From the NCBI GenBank assembly GCA_965140445.1, contig OZ223236.1, positions 64,001 to 128,000 on the forward strand: a stretch of DNA of 64,000 bases, written 5' to 3'. Made by a program: the position numbers and the translations under genes. This DNA is from Candidatus Ozemobacteraceae bacterium (GTDB lineage: Bacteria > Muiribacteriota > Ozemobacteria > Ozemobacterales > Ozemobacteraceae). The notes beneath the pieces were generated by a model. The model saw nothing but the letters and a program-made list of their open reading frames with translations, ran no database searches and was not told the origin of the DNA. Position 1 is the first letter of the stretch, and each line of letters begins with the position of its first letter. Shown piece after piece: positions 1-9,154 of this stretch.

Positions 1-450
1 AGCCTTTTTGAAAGCCGGATCCATTTTGAATTTTCCAGACCTGCAATCGCTAATAGAACGATTCAAACCGTTAGTAAAAGCAGAAAGAGAAGATCTAAAA
101 GTATTAGAAGTTCTATTTAAACCATCTTGTAATTCATCAAATGGTACACGGTCTCGCCTTGCCAAAAAATCTACTTCGATAAAATCTTTGCCAAAAACTT
201 CAGATAGAGTCCCTTCTGTTGAACGTCTTAGGAGTTCCATCTGAAACATGCGATCTTTTCCAACACAATAACCGTATCCCCAAAAAACACCTGCAGTTGT
301 ACTTGCAACTACGTGGGGAATACCAGAATCATCATGCCAAACCTTTACATAATTTGATCGAGCCTGCATTCCACGAGGCTCGCCCGCGAAGCTGCTGACT
401 GCGATAAACATAAATAAAGTCAGGCATAAAAATCTAAACAGAGTTTTCAT
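1..450 (-). CDS. Penicillin acylase family Ntn-hydrolase, N-terminal part (runs off window start)
   Basis: Not in ORF track. ATG at 450 with GGAGG RBS; translates MKTLFRFLCLTLFMFIAVSSFAG (signal peptide) then VKVWHDDSGIPHVVAS...GYGYCVGKDRMFQMELLRRSTEGTLSEVFG, the typical alpha-subunit start. Confidence 0.85.
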   Translation of the reverse strand, partial: MKTLFRFLCLTLFMFIAVSSFAGEPRGMQARSNYVKVWHDDSGIPHVVASTTAGVFWGYGYCVGKDRMFQMELLRRSTEGTLSEVFGKDFIEVDFLARRDRVPFDELQDGLNRTSNTFRSSLSAFTNGLNRSISDCRSGKFKMDPAFKKA

Positions 451-607
451 CTTCTCCTCCATGGCAGTTATAATATTCACAAACTATATTAATGGCTAAA
501 TGTCCTATTTTTCAAACTATTCTGCCTTAACGAGCAAAAAAAGATTGAGAATTTGTTCACACAGCCGTATTCTTTAATATTACATATTTTATTCAGTGAG
601 GCAGAAA

Positions 608-1504
608 ATGTCAGAAAACTCTTGCAGCAGTTGCAGTAAATCAGATTGCTCTTATTCAAAACCAGTCCAAAACGAAAATGACGAACAGTTTCAGCAAAGA
701 CAAAGAATCGGTAGAGCTTTGTGCAAAATCAAGAATGTGTATCTTGTACTTTCAGGAAAAGGCGGAGTTGGCAAAAGCACAGTTTCAACCAATCTGGCCA
801 TTTCACTCGCAAATGCCGGTTACAAAACAGGCCTCCTCGACATAGACCTCCACGGACCATCCATCCCAACGATGCTTGGACTAGCTTCTCATAAAGCGAT
901 GAATCATAATGGCATGCTCCTTCCTGCAGAACCAGCGGATTATCTAAAGGTTATGTCCATGGGCTTTCTCCTGGATTCGCCCGATCAACCAGTTGTATGG
1001 CGAGGACCTATGAAAGCAGGAGCAATTCAACAGCTGATTTCTGATGTTGAATGGGGTGAGCTGGATTATCTCATTGTTGATTGCCCCCCAGGAACTGGCG
1101 ATGAACCACTAAGCATTGCGCAAACAATTCCTGATGCCAAAGGTGCCATTATTGTTACAACTCCACAAGACGTAGCTATTGCAGATGTGAAAAGATCCAT
1201 TACTTTCTGCTCAATGCTAAACCTTCCAATAACTGGAATAGTTGAGAATATGAGCGGTTTTATCTGCCCTGATTGTGGGAAAGAAATCAACCTATTCAAA
1301 AAAGATGGCGGCTACCACCTGGCAACCGCAAATAATCTGGAGTTTCTTGGAAAAATCCCAATTGATCCTTCAATGGTCGAAGCCAGCGATAGCGGAAAAT
1401 CTTACATCAATTCTTTCGAGGAAAGCAAAGCAAACGACTCATTCAAATCGATAGCTAATAAACTCATCAAAAACTCCCCTAAAGAAGTTGAATTAAACGC
1501 ATAA
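608..1504 (+). CDS. apbC: Mrp/NBP35 (ApbC) Fe-S cluster carrier ATPase
   Basis: SGKGGVGKST Walker A, WRGPM, DCPPGTGD, ENMSGFICPDC; Cys-rich N-terminus; ATG 608 follows GAGG. Confidence 0.93.
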   Translation: MSENSCSSCSKSDCSYSKPVQNENDEQFQQRQRIGRALCKIKNVYLVLSGKGGVGKSTVSTNLAISLANAGYKTGLLDIDLHGPSIPTMLGLASHKAMNHNGMLLPAEPADYLKVMSMGFLLDSPDQPVVWRGPMKAGAIQQLISDVEWGELDYLIVDCPPGTGDEPLSIAQTIPDAKGAIIVTTPQDVAIADVKRSITFCSMLNLPITGIVENMSGFICPDCGKEINLFKKDGGYHLATANNLEFLGKIPIDPSMVEASDSGKSYINSFEESKANDSFKSIANKLIKNSPKEVELNA

Positions 1505-1510
1505 AAGACA

Positions 1511-1553
1511 AAGTAGCTGGTAGAAAAAAACAGTTTTTTGCTACCAGCTGCTT
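1511..1553 (+). terminator. Stem-loop after apbC (weak U-tract)
   Basis: aagtagctggtag ... ctaccagctgctt inverted repeat. Confidence 0.5.
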
Positions 1554-1563
1554 ACTACTGTTA

Positions 1564-1572
1564 TGATATAAT
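1564..1572 (+). promoter_or_regulatory. Extended -10 promoter element upstream of the BMC gene
   Basis: TGaTATAAT about 30 nt upstream of ATG 1602. Confidence 0.5.
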
Positions 1573-1601
1573 TTCTTACAGCCTAATCTGAGGAAAAAAG
1601 A

Positions 1602-1952
1602 ATGAACCAAAATTATCAAAGTAAAAAAATCCCGGGAGTCACTCTCAGGTTAATTAAACGCCCTTCAAAAGGTTTTTGGGCGATTTTAGAACATCGTCGC
1701 GTAGAAAGCGATTATTTTGATAAAACAGAACTCCCAACCGATGCAGTTGGCTTAATTCAAGGTCCGGTAGCCACTATTTTAGCTGCTTCAGACATTGCTG
1801 AAAAGGCAGCCGCCATTCAGGTCGCCGAAATTCGAGGAGTCTGCCCAACTCATCTTACGGTCATAGCTCTTTATGGCGACACCTCTGCCGTTGAAGCTGC
1901 CCTATCTGCGGTTGCTGATCAACTTAACGAAACAGAATTCCTGCCATTATGA
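1602..1952 (+). CDS. BMC-domain (hexameric) shell protein, GrpU-like
   Basis: RLIKRPS...DAVGLIQG...AASDIAEKAA...IRGVCPTH...IALYGDTSAVEAAL; GxCP corresponds to the GrpU GxCPQ Fe-S ligand loop. Confidence 0.82.
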   Translation: MNQNYQSKKIPGVTLRLIKRPSKGFWAILEHRRVESDYFDKTELPTDAVGLIQGPVATILAASDIAEKAAAIQVAEIRGVCPTHLTVIALYGDTSAVEAALSAVADQLNETEFLPL

Positions 1953-2461
1953 CCCATTCACCTCGACAATATTGTTTTGATCAGATAGGCATAGTCCATT
2001 CCAGATTCACTGAACAAGAAGGAACACCTATTCAAGGAAAAATGGCCCCCGAAGAAACAGCTGAAGTTGAAATCTTCGACGAATTTGTTGAAGGACTAAA
2101 GGACTTGGATGGATTCAGTCATATTTATCTAATCTACAGATTTGACCGAATTGAAAAAACAGCAAATCTGGTAAAGCCATACCTGGATACAGAGGTTAGA
2201 GGAGTATTTTCAACCAGATCTCCCAGACGCCCAAACCCTATCGGGTTAACAGTTGTCAGATTGGCTTCAGTAAACGGGAACCGCATAAAAGTATCAGGTG
2301 TTGACCTGCTCGATAAAACCCCAATAATTGATATAAAACCATATATACCTGATTTTGATCAGCACGAACCCGAAAAAATTGGCTGGTATGGCGAAAAGAA
2401 AAACCGTTCGAGCCTGGTTCTTGCAGATAATAGATTCGAAGACGATCCCAGGTCGGAGTAA
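1949..2461 (+). CDS. tsaA: tRNA t6A37 N6-methyltransferase TrmO/TsaA family
   Basis: GLKDLDGFSHI, RGVFSTRSPRRPNPIGLT, TPIIDIKPY; ATGA overlap with BMC gene. Confidence 0.92.
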   Translation: MTHSPRQYCFDQIGIVHSRFTEQEGTPIQGKMAPEETAEVEIFDEFVEGLKDLDGFSHIYLIYRFDRIEKTANLVKPYLDTEVRGVFSTRSPRRPNPIGLTVVRLASVNGNRIKVSGVDLLDKTPIIDIKPYIPDFDQHEPEKIGWYGEKKNRSSLVLADNRFEDDPRSE

Positions 2462-2467
2462 AAGCTA

Positions 2468-2995
2468 ATGCTTCAATATAATCAAAAAGTCTTGCATCAT
2501 TTTTCAAACCCTAAAAATACCGGTAAACTTGACGACTATCACGGCATTGCCTTAATAGGCGATCCAGGCTGTGGTGATTACGTGGAAGTTACCATTCATC
2601 TTTCCGAAGACAACCAAAACGTCGAAAAAATCCGGTATAGAATTAAAGGCTGTCCTGCTGCTATAGCAACCTCCAGTATTACTGCAGAAATAGCAGAAGG
2701 AAAGCCCGTAGAAGAAATTCTGCAGCTTAAAGACATGGATATCGTAAATGCTTTGGGAGGACTTCCTGAAAGCAAAATTCATTGCTCATTATTAGCTGTA
2801 GATGGACTTCACATGGCAATTCAAGATGCAATCCTAAAGCGCTTATTTATAAAAGCGGGTATTGTAAGCTCAAACGACGAATTTGAACAATTTAAAGCGC
2901 AAGGAAAGCTTGATGAGTATCTTGGAGGGAACAACGACTGCAAGTCTCACCCAGGATTAGAGCATGCCTGCGATGGCTCATGCGAGAACCTTTAA
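2468..2995 (+). CDS. IscU/NifU-N Fe-S scaffold protein with Cys/His-rich C-terminal extension
   Basis: HFSNPKNTG, GCGD, KGCPAAIATSS, LGGLPESKIHCS; tail CKSHPGLEHACDGSC. Confidence 0.9.
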   Translation: MLQYNQKVLHHFSNPKNTGKLDDYHGIALIGDPGCGDYVEVTIHLSEDNQNVEKIRYRIKGCPAAIATSSITAEIAEGKPVEEILQLKDMDIVNALGGLPESKIHCSLLAVDGLHMAIQDAILKRLFIKAGIVSSNDEFEQFKAQGKLDEYLGGNNDCKSHPGLEHACDGSCENL

Positions 2996-3088
2996 ATACC
3001 GGTCTGATACAACATACTTTATAAAGTGTCTATTCTAGATGCTTTTTGACCTTTTAATGCTATTAGTATTGTGTCGACTCTTTTGAAC

Positions 3089-3117
3089 TTGACATATTCA
3101 ATTTTGGCAAATATAAT
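3089..3117 (+). promoter_or_regulatory. Consensus sigma70/sigmaA promoter
   Basis: TTGACA (3089-3094), 17 nt spacer, TATAAT (3112-3117). Confidence 0.88.
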
Positions 3118-3151
3118 CACACCGTTCTAAATCAACAAGGAGGCAAGCGCT

Positions 3152-3220
3152 ATGACAATTTTAATATTTAACGCATTCCCAACACGGGCAAAAGCCTCCC
3201 TGTACCCAATCAATCTCTGA
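3152..3220 (+). CDS. Putative 22-aa leader peptide MTILIFNAFPTRAKASLYPINL
   Basis: AAGGAGG SD at 3137-3143, ATG 3152, TGA 3218-3220; lies between the promoter and a terminator, upstream of the ABC genes. Confidence 0.7.
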   Translation: MTILIFNAFPTRAKASLYPINL

Positions 3221-3240
3221 CTTTTTAATCAGTCTTAACC

Positions 3241-3277
3241 AAATGGGTTGTCCAGGGGGCGACCCATTTTTTATTTT
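3241..3277 (+). terminator. Intrinsic terminator in the ABC operon leader (attenuator)
   Basis: aaatgggttgtcc-agg-gggcgacccattt followed by tttatttt. Confidence 0.8.
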
Positions 3278-3427
3278 CCAAAGTTCCCGGCTTTTTTTCA
3301 AAAGTCCTTTTAGTTAGAATTGAGAGGGTATTTCTTATGAGAATTAATTCATCAAAGTAAATTTTATGAAACTTTTATTGCGCGATCTGAAAGCAGATCA
3401 ATTGAACAGAAATATGGTAGTGAAAAA

Positions 3428-5227
3428 ATGCAAAACAAAAACACATCAGTAATCAAACGACTACTGCCATTCTTCAGGCCTCACCTTGGCAAGTTGCTGA
3501 TTTCAATAGTTTCAATGACTATTGTTACCGCAGTACACCTTGCAAGGCCAATGATATTGCGAGAAATCATTGACTCTGCTATCCCGCAGAAAAACATTGA
3601 ACTAGCAATAAAAATGGCTTCTCTGTTCATCCTCTGTCTCATAACAGGCGCATTTGCGATGTATGTTCGAGTTAAGTTGATGGCCAGAATGGGTGCTGAA
3701 GTAGTAGCCGAAATCAAAAGAAAACTTTTTAATCAGATTGTCAGTCAAGGAATGAGGTTTTTCGACCTTAACCAGACCGGAAAACTCATCACCCGAACAG
3801 AATCTGATGCGAATCAATTAAAATCGCTATTCACACAATCGACAGCACAATTATTTGCCAGTTCAATGCTGATAATTGGCACAATTATCGTCCTTATGAG
3901 GGAAGATAAAAATATTGGTCTTTTTGCAATAGCTTCTGTCTTTGTTGTTGGAATCTTGATGTTCTTTTATTTAAAGTACATTAGAGGTCTATACACCAAG
4001 GTCAGAGAAAAAAATAGTGAGCTAACAGGAAGTCTGACAGAGTATATCCAGGGAGTTCCCCTGATCAAGATACACGGTCGTGAAAATGAAATTAACAGAA
4101 AAATGACCATTCTTAATCAGGAAAAAGCAGATCTGGAATGCAAAGCGGCTTTCATTGATTATGTTATGTTTTCTTCGACTTTCAGGCTATTTACAGAAGT
4201 AGGGGCAATCGCCGCTGTTTTCTGGTATGGAAGTCAGAAAGTATTTGAAGGAACCATGACAGTTGGAACACTGGTCATGTATATCGAACTACTAAGACAG
4301 TTTTTCAGGCCACTTGAGTTTCTTCTGGAAGTTCTTGCACAGCTACAGTCAGCGTTAGCTGCCGGTGCTAGAGTTTTCGGAATTCTTGATACTGAGCCAG
4401 AAGTTGTTGATGGTGGGACTGAGCAACCGAACCTGAAACTTCAAAAAAGCATAAAATTCTCAAACGTTACTTTCGCATATGACAAAGAAGTAGTGTTAGA
4501 AAAAGCAAATTTTGAAGTTCCCCGAGGCAAGCAAATTGCAATAGTAGGTGCTTCTGGTTCTGGAAAAACAACCTGTATCAACCTGCTTTTACGCTTCTAC
4601 GACCCTGTTAGTGGCGAAATTCAGATTGATGGACAAAACATCAAGGACATCAAGTTACATGACTGGAGAAAAAAGATATCTCTTGTTTTACAGGAAATTT
4701 ATCTGTTTCCAGGAACAATTATGGAAAACCTGAAAGCCTTTCATACAGACGTTGATGACCAAACAGTTATTAACGCTGCAAAAGAACTTGGAGCGCATGA
4801 TTTCATAATGAAACAGGCAAAGGGATACGATACTACTCTGGCTGAGCGAGGTGCAAACCTTTCATATGGAGAGAGACAACTTCTTTCCTACACCAGGGCA
4901 TTAGTAAAAGATCCCGACTTACTGATTCTGGATGAAGCAACCTCTTCTGTTGATGTAATTACAGAAAAAGAACTTCAAAAATCTATGCATAAACTAATGG
5001 AAGGCAGAACTTCCATTATAATCGCCCACCGCCTTTCAACCATTAGACAAGCTGATAACATCCTTGTTTTTGACAAGGGAAGACTTGTTCAGCAAGGCTC
5101 ACACGAGCGACTAATGAAACAGGAAGGTATTTACCAGGAATTAGTTCATATTCAATCTGCCGACGGAAAAATTAAAGAGCAGATCGAATCAGAGCTGGTT
5201 CAAGAACAATCAGGAGCTGTGGCATGA
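3428..5227 (+). CDS. ABC exporter half-transporter (TMD+NBD), subunit 1
   Basis: TM region, GASGSGKT, degenerate signature LSYGE, LLILDEAT, AHRLST. Confidence 0.95.
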   Translation: MQNKNTSVIKRLLPFFRPHLGKLLISIVSMTIVTAVHLARPMILREIIDSAIPQKNIELAIKMASLFILCLITGAFAMYVRVKLMARMGAEVVAEIKRKLFNQIVSQGMRFFDLNQTGKLITRTESDANQLKSLFTQSTAQLFASSMLIIGTIIVLMREDKNIGLFAIASVFVVGILMFFYLKYIRGLYTKVREKNSELTGSLTEYIQGVPLIKIHGRENEINRKMTILNQEKADLECKAAFIDYVMFSSTFRLFTEVGAIAAVFWYGSQKVFEGTMTVGTLVMYIELLRQFFRPLEFLLEVLAQLQSALAAGARVFGILDTEPEVVDGGTEQPNLKLQKSIKFSNVTFAYDKEVVLEKANFEVPRGKQIAIVGASGSGKTTCINLLLRFYDPVSGEIQIDGQNIKDIKLHDWRKKISLVLQEIYLFPGTIMENLKAFHTDVDDQTVINAAKELGAHDFIMKQAKGYDTTLAERGANLSYGERQLLSYTRALVKDPDLLILDEATSSVDVITEKELQKSMHKLMEGRTSIIIAHRLSTIRQADNILVFDKGRLVQQGSHERLMKQEGIYQELVHIQSADGKIKEQIESELVQEQSGAVA

Positions 5228-7068
5228 AAGTAGAACCCAAAGACCTCAAACACAGCCGACTGTACTATCTAAAATGGATATGGAACCAATACAAATCACA
5301 TAAAAAAATGATTGTGATACTGGTGGCCCTGACAATACTGTCTACGGCCATCGCAGTATTGTTTCCAATCGTCTTTAAATTCATTATTGATGGTCTTGTG
5401 AACGGCTTGAAGAAATATGATGCTGGAACCATAACTCTGGAAGCCGCCAAAGCAGAGCGAAACAAAATGCTGCTAATGCTACTGGCGCTTGGAATTGGTC
5501 CAGTTTTCACAGGCTTATACCCGTATTTACGTGCAAGAATGAATGTGACCTTTGAAATGTTCTTTCGCAAGAAATTCTTTACTGAGATTCTTGCGAAAGG
5601 TCACAAATTCTTCCTGCAATTCAGAACCGGTGATCTTGTAACCAGATTAACAGAAGATATCAGAACATGGCCACCAGGTTTATCCTGGCTGTGCTGCTCT
5701 GGAATCTTCCGAGCATTGAACTCAGCAAGCATTATATTCTTCTGTCTTGTAAGTATGATGCTTTTAAACTGGAAACTCGCTCTGCTTGCGCTTATCCCAT
5801 TACCGATAATGCTCGCAATATTCATGAAGCTTGAAAGCGGCTTTGGTTCAAGCTTCAAGAATTTACAAACCGGAATGTCAGAGGCAAATGACTTTCTTGA
5901 AGCTGGTTTTTCTGGAATAAAAATCATTGCTTCATTTAATGCCCATTTGCCCCAAAAAAAGCTCTTTGACAAATTGATGGATAAAAGAATTGAAATGGAA
6001 ATGAGAGTAGACACCCTATGGGGCCTATTCATGGTCTTTTTTGAATTCTTAAACTATGTCGGAGAAATACTTGTATTGATATTTGGTGGAATAATGGTCA
6101 TCAGAGGAGATATCACACTTGGTGTTTACTACGCCTTTTTCAGCTATCTCGGAATGATTATTTATCCTCTTATGGATATACCAATGCTTCTTGTAACACT
6201 TACTCAAGCTTGCGTTGCAATTGACAGACTTGAAGATCTGGAACTTGCTGACAAAAAATGGCAAGAACAAGACATAGACGGTAGCATTAAAATAGAAAGC
6301 CTTGATTCAATCTCCTTCAAAAATGTATCTTTTGAGCACGTTGAGCACAAAAATGCATCTGAAGAGGTGGAGCCTGAAGAAGAAAACAAGGACACCAAAA
6401 AAGCATTTTCATTTAAAAGCATCAGCTTTAACTTAATGAAAGGTGAAAAAATCGCTGTTGTTGGTCAAATTGGTTCAGGAAAAACAACTCTTCTAAACCT
6501 GGTAGCTGGAGTTATGAAGCCAGAGCATGGAGAAATCCTTGTTAATGACATCCCGCTTCCTCAGATCAATAAGGCATCGTTTAGAGAAAAAATTGGTTAC
6601 ATCCAACAAGAGCCAGTTATCTTCTCAGAAACGATAGAAACCAATATTGATTTCTGGAGAGGCTTTAAGAGCTCTGTAATCGAATCCTGCACAAGGTTAT
6701 CCCAATTTGAAAAAGAAGTCCTGGCCTTTCCATCTGGCTATTCAGAGCCTGTTGGGCAAAGAGGCGTAACTCTTTCAGGAGGGCAGCGACAAAGGCTTTC
6801 TATCGCAAGAGCGCTGGTAAACAGCCCGCAGTTGCTTTTAATGGATGACATTACCGCCAGTCTGGATGCAGCAAACGAAAGGCAGTTGTGGGAAGACCTG
6901 CATGCCAGCTTTGGCAAAATAACGTGCCTGATTGTTACTCATAGGATGGCAACTGCAATGATGGCAGATAGAATCATGGTTCTGAACGACGGAAAAATTG
7001 ATGCCATTGGCACACATGATGAGTTACTAAAAACGAACGACATATACAGAAATCTATCGCAGGCATAA
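5224..7068 (+). CDS. ABC exporter half-transporter (TMD+NBD), subunit 2
   Basis: GQIGSGKT, LSGGQRQR, degenerate Walker B LLLMDD; ATGA overlap with subunit 1. Confidence 0.95.
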   Translation: MKVEPKDLKHSRLYYLKWIWNQYKSHKKMIVILVALTILSTAIAVLFPIVFKFIIDGLVNGLKKYDAGTITLEAAKAERNKMLLMLLALGIGPVFTGLYPYLRARMNVTFEMFFRKKFFTEILAKGHKFFLQFRTGDLVTRLTEDIRTWPPGLSWLCCSGIFRALNSASIIFFCLVSMMLLNWKLALLALIPLPIMLAIFMKLESGFGSSFKNLQTGMSEANDFLEAGFSGIKIIASFNAHLPQKKLFDKLMDKRIEMEMRVDTLWGLFMVFFEFLNYVGEILVLIFGGIMVIRGDITLGVYYAFFSYLGMIIYPLMDIPMLLVTLTQACVAIDRLEDLELADKKWQEQDIDGSIKIESLDSISFKNVSFEHVEHKNASEEVEPEEENKDTKKAFSFKSISFNLMKGEKIAVVGQIGSGKTTLLNLVAGVMKPEHGEILVNDIPLPQINKASFREKIGYIQQEPVIFSETIETNIDFWRGFKSSVIESCTRLSQFEKEVLAFPSGYSEPVGQRGVTLSGGQRQRLSIARALVNSPQLLLMDDITASLDAANERQLWEDLHASFGKITCLIVTHRMATAMMADRIMVLNDGKIDAIGTHDELLKTNDIYRNLSQA

Positions 7069-7080
7069 TCCATGCTAAAC

Positions 7081-7119
7081 AAGCCGGGTCGCAAAAATTT
7101 GCGCCCCGGCTTCACTTTT
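7081..7119. terminator. Terminator between convergent genes
   Basis: aagccggg-t-cgcaaa / tttgcg-c-cccggctt inverted repeat. Confidence 0.75.
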
Positions 7120-7134
7120 AGTTACCCGTTCAAA

Positions 7135-7335
7135 TCAGTAATGCGGCGGCTTTTCTTCTTCTGCAGTAAGTTGTCCCCACTGATCAATCCCACGAAATCT
7201 CTCTTTAAACTGAATAATTAGTTCAGAATGAGCATCCAACTGCTTTTGCTGAGAAACAACCACCTCATTAAGATCGTCCACATATTTCTCAAGATAGGTG
7301 ATACGCTTTTCCAATTCTAATATCTGGTTTTCCAA
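7135..7335 (-). CDS. slyX: SlyX family protein
   Basis: LEKRITYLEKYVDDLNEVV..QQ and C-terminal EEKPPHY; probable TTG start at 7335 after AGGAG. Confidence 0.85.
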   Translation of the reverse strand: MENQILELEKRITYLEKYVDDLNEVVVSQQKQLDAHSELIIQFKERFRGIDQWGQLTAEEEKPPHY

Positions 7336-7494
7336 ACTAAAACTCCTGTTTATCAAATCTTTTGAGAAGTAAAAAGTCATCTCTGAGGCAAAAAAGATAA
7401 TACAACTTTAGACGTCTTTTCAAAAGTTTATATAGGAACTATAGTAAAAAAAGAAAATAAATCATACTCAATTTACTATTTTGGAGATGCCAAA

Positions 7495-8025
7495 ATGACA
7501 AAAGCCATGAAAATTTTTAAGCAAAAGTTTATTCCTGAAAAAATTTACGACATCAGTGATGATGAAGTAATTTTTTTTAATAATGAGTTTATGATTACCA
7601 GTTGGGAAGCAACAAACAGCGAGATGGGAGTAAAAAAAGCACTATCACTAACTTCCTTCTCAAATGGATATCAAATTTCAAAAAAATTTAATAAAGAAAA
7701 TGAATTCATGTATTGGTATTGCGACATTGTTAAAGCCTGGCACGATAGAGAAAAAAATGAAATCTGGATACAGGACCTCATTGCAGATGTAATTTTATTT
7801 CCCGATAAAGCTCTTCAAGTAATTGACCTGCCAGAACTCGTTGAAGCAAGAAAAAACGGTCTAATTACAGAGGTCTTATTCCAGGAATGCCACAAAAGCA
7901 TCCTTTCTCTTGTTTCAAGCGTGATCCATGGCAATTTCCCGCCTCAGCAAAACCTTCCCAAAAACAAATCAGATGCTTTAATAGCGGCTCTTGAGGAATT
8001 CAAAAATGTTTTCAGGCAAAGCTAA
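7495..8025 (+). CDS. DUF402-like protein
   Basis: YWYCDI ... DLIADVILFPD...VIDL.EL pattern. Confidence 0.6.
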   Translation: MTKAMKIFKQKFIPEKIYDISDDEVIFFNNEFMITSWEATNSEMGVKKALSLTSFSNGYQISKKFNKENEFMYWYCDIVKAWHDREKNEIWIQDLIADVILFPDKALQVIDLPELVEARKNGLITEVLFQECHKSILSLVSSVIHGNFPPQQNLPKNKSDALIAALEEFKNVFRQS

Positions 8026-8033
8026 CGAATCAA

Positions 8034-9029
8034 TTAGTCTTCGGAACCAAAATACTCAGGATATAATTTCCTTGCGCAATCTGGGCAAATTCCATGGGAA
8101 AATTCAGCTTTTGTTCTATTTTGAATATACTCTTCCATAAGGTTCCAGTGATTTTTATCATCTCTGATTCTCTTACAGCTTGAGCAAATTGGCAATATGC
8201 CCTCAAGAGTTGAAACTTTTTGCATTGATTTAACCAATTCTTGATTTACTCTTTCTAGCTCTTCATACAGTCGCTTCATTTCAGTAATATTTACATGGGT
8301 TCCAACTGCCCGCAAAGGTTTTCCAAAATTGTCTCTCTCAACAACTTTTCCCCGATCAAGTATCCAAACAATTGAACCATCTTTGTGAATCATTCGATGC
8401 TCAGAGGAATAAATAGGTGTCTCGCCTGCGAGATGTCTTTCTAATTCTTTCATCACGCTCTCAATATCATCAGGATGAACCCTCTTGGACCACTCATCTA
8501 AAGAATTGCCTAATTCATGGTCTTCATAACCAAACATTTCCTTCCACAAAGGGGAAAAGTAAACTTTATTTGAAGCAATATCCCAGTCCCATAAGCCGTC
8601 TTTAGTAGATTCGTTAGAAAATTCCCATCTTTCTTCGCTAAGCTTAAGTTTTTTCTCTGCTTCAACACGCTTTGAAATATCATGAATTATAGAAAATAAT
8701 ATACTTTTCCCATCCAATTCAATGGGAGAAGAATGTACCTCTACAATTTTCACAATGCCATTTGATAGTTGATGAGGAAAAATGAAGTAGCTTCTCTCTT
8801 CCTTGGCTGCTTTTATGTATTCTTTTTCAACTTCGTCTTGAGAAAGAAGATTAATGTCCTGTATTCTCATTTTGCAGAACTTATCAAGCTCAAACCCATA
8901 AAACCTGATTGCCGATTCATTTGCTGATAAAATAGTGCCGTCACTAGGATCAACCAAAAGCATTACTGCACCATGCGTGGTAAACATTTTTTCAAAAAAA
9001 CGGCCCGTTTCACAAATACTTTTTAGCAT
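8034..9029 (-). CDS. Tandem-PAS sensor protein with C-terminal Cys4 domain
   Basis: PAS/PAC (GLWDWDI, VHPDD, EHRMIHKDGS); tail LPICSSCKRIRD...FSHGICPDC; no kinase or cyclase domain. Confidence 0.85.
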   Translation of the reverse strand: MLKSICETGRFFEKMFTTHGAVMLLVDPSDGTILSANESAIRFYGFELDKFCKMRIQDINLLSQDEVEKEYIKAAKEERSYFIFPHQLSNGIVKIVEVHSSPIELDGKSILFSIIHDISKRVEAEKKLKLSEERWEFSNESTKDGLWDWDIASNKVYFSPLWKEMFGYEDHELGNSLDEWSKRVHPDDIESVMKELERHLAGETPIYSSEHRMIHKDGSIVWILDRGKVVERDNFGKPLRAVGTHVNITEMKRLYEELERVNQELVKSMQKVSTLEGILPICSSCKRIRDDKNHWNLMEEYIQNRTKAEFSHGICPDCARKLYPEYFGSED

Positions 9030-9154
9030 TTTTAAATAAAAAGATTGCTAATTCAAAGGCCAAATAACAACCCTTAATCCCCTTCTCCTATTGTTTTATC
9101 TATACATACAAAGTATACATGAATATTTAACACAAGCCAATCGTTTTAAAAGCT

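Noticed and set aside
8..244. 78-aa plus-strand ORF
   Set aside because: Antisense shadow of the penicillin-acylase gene.
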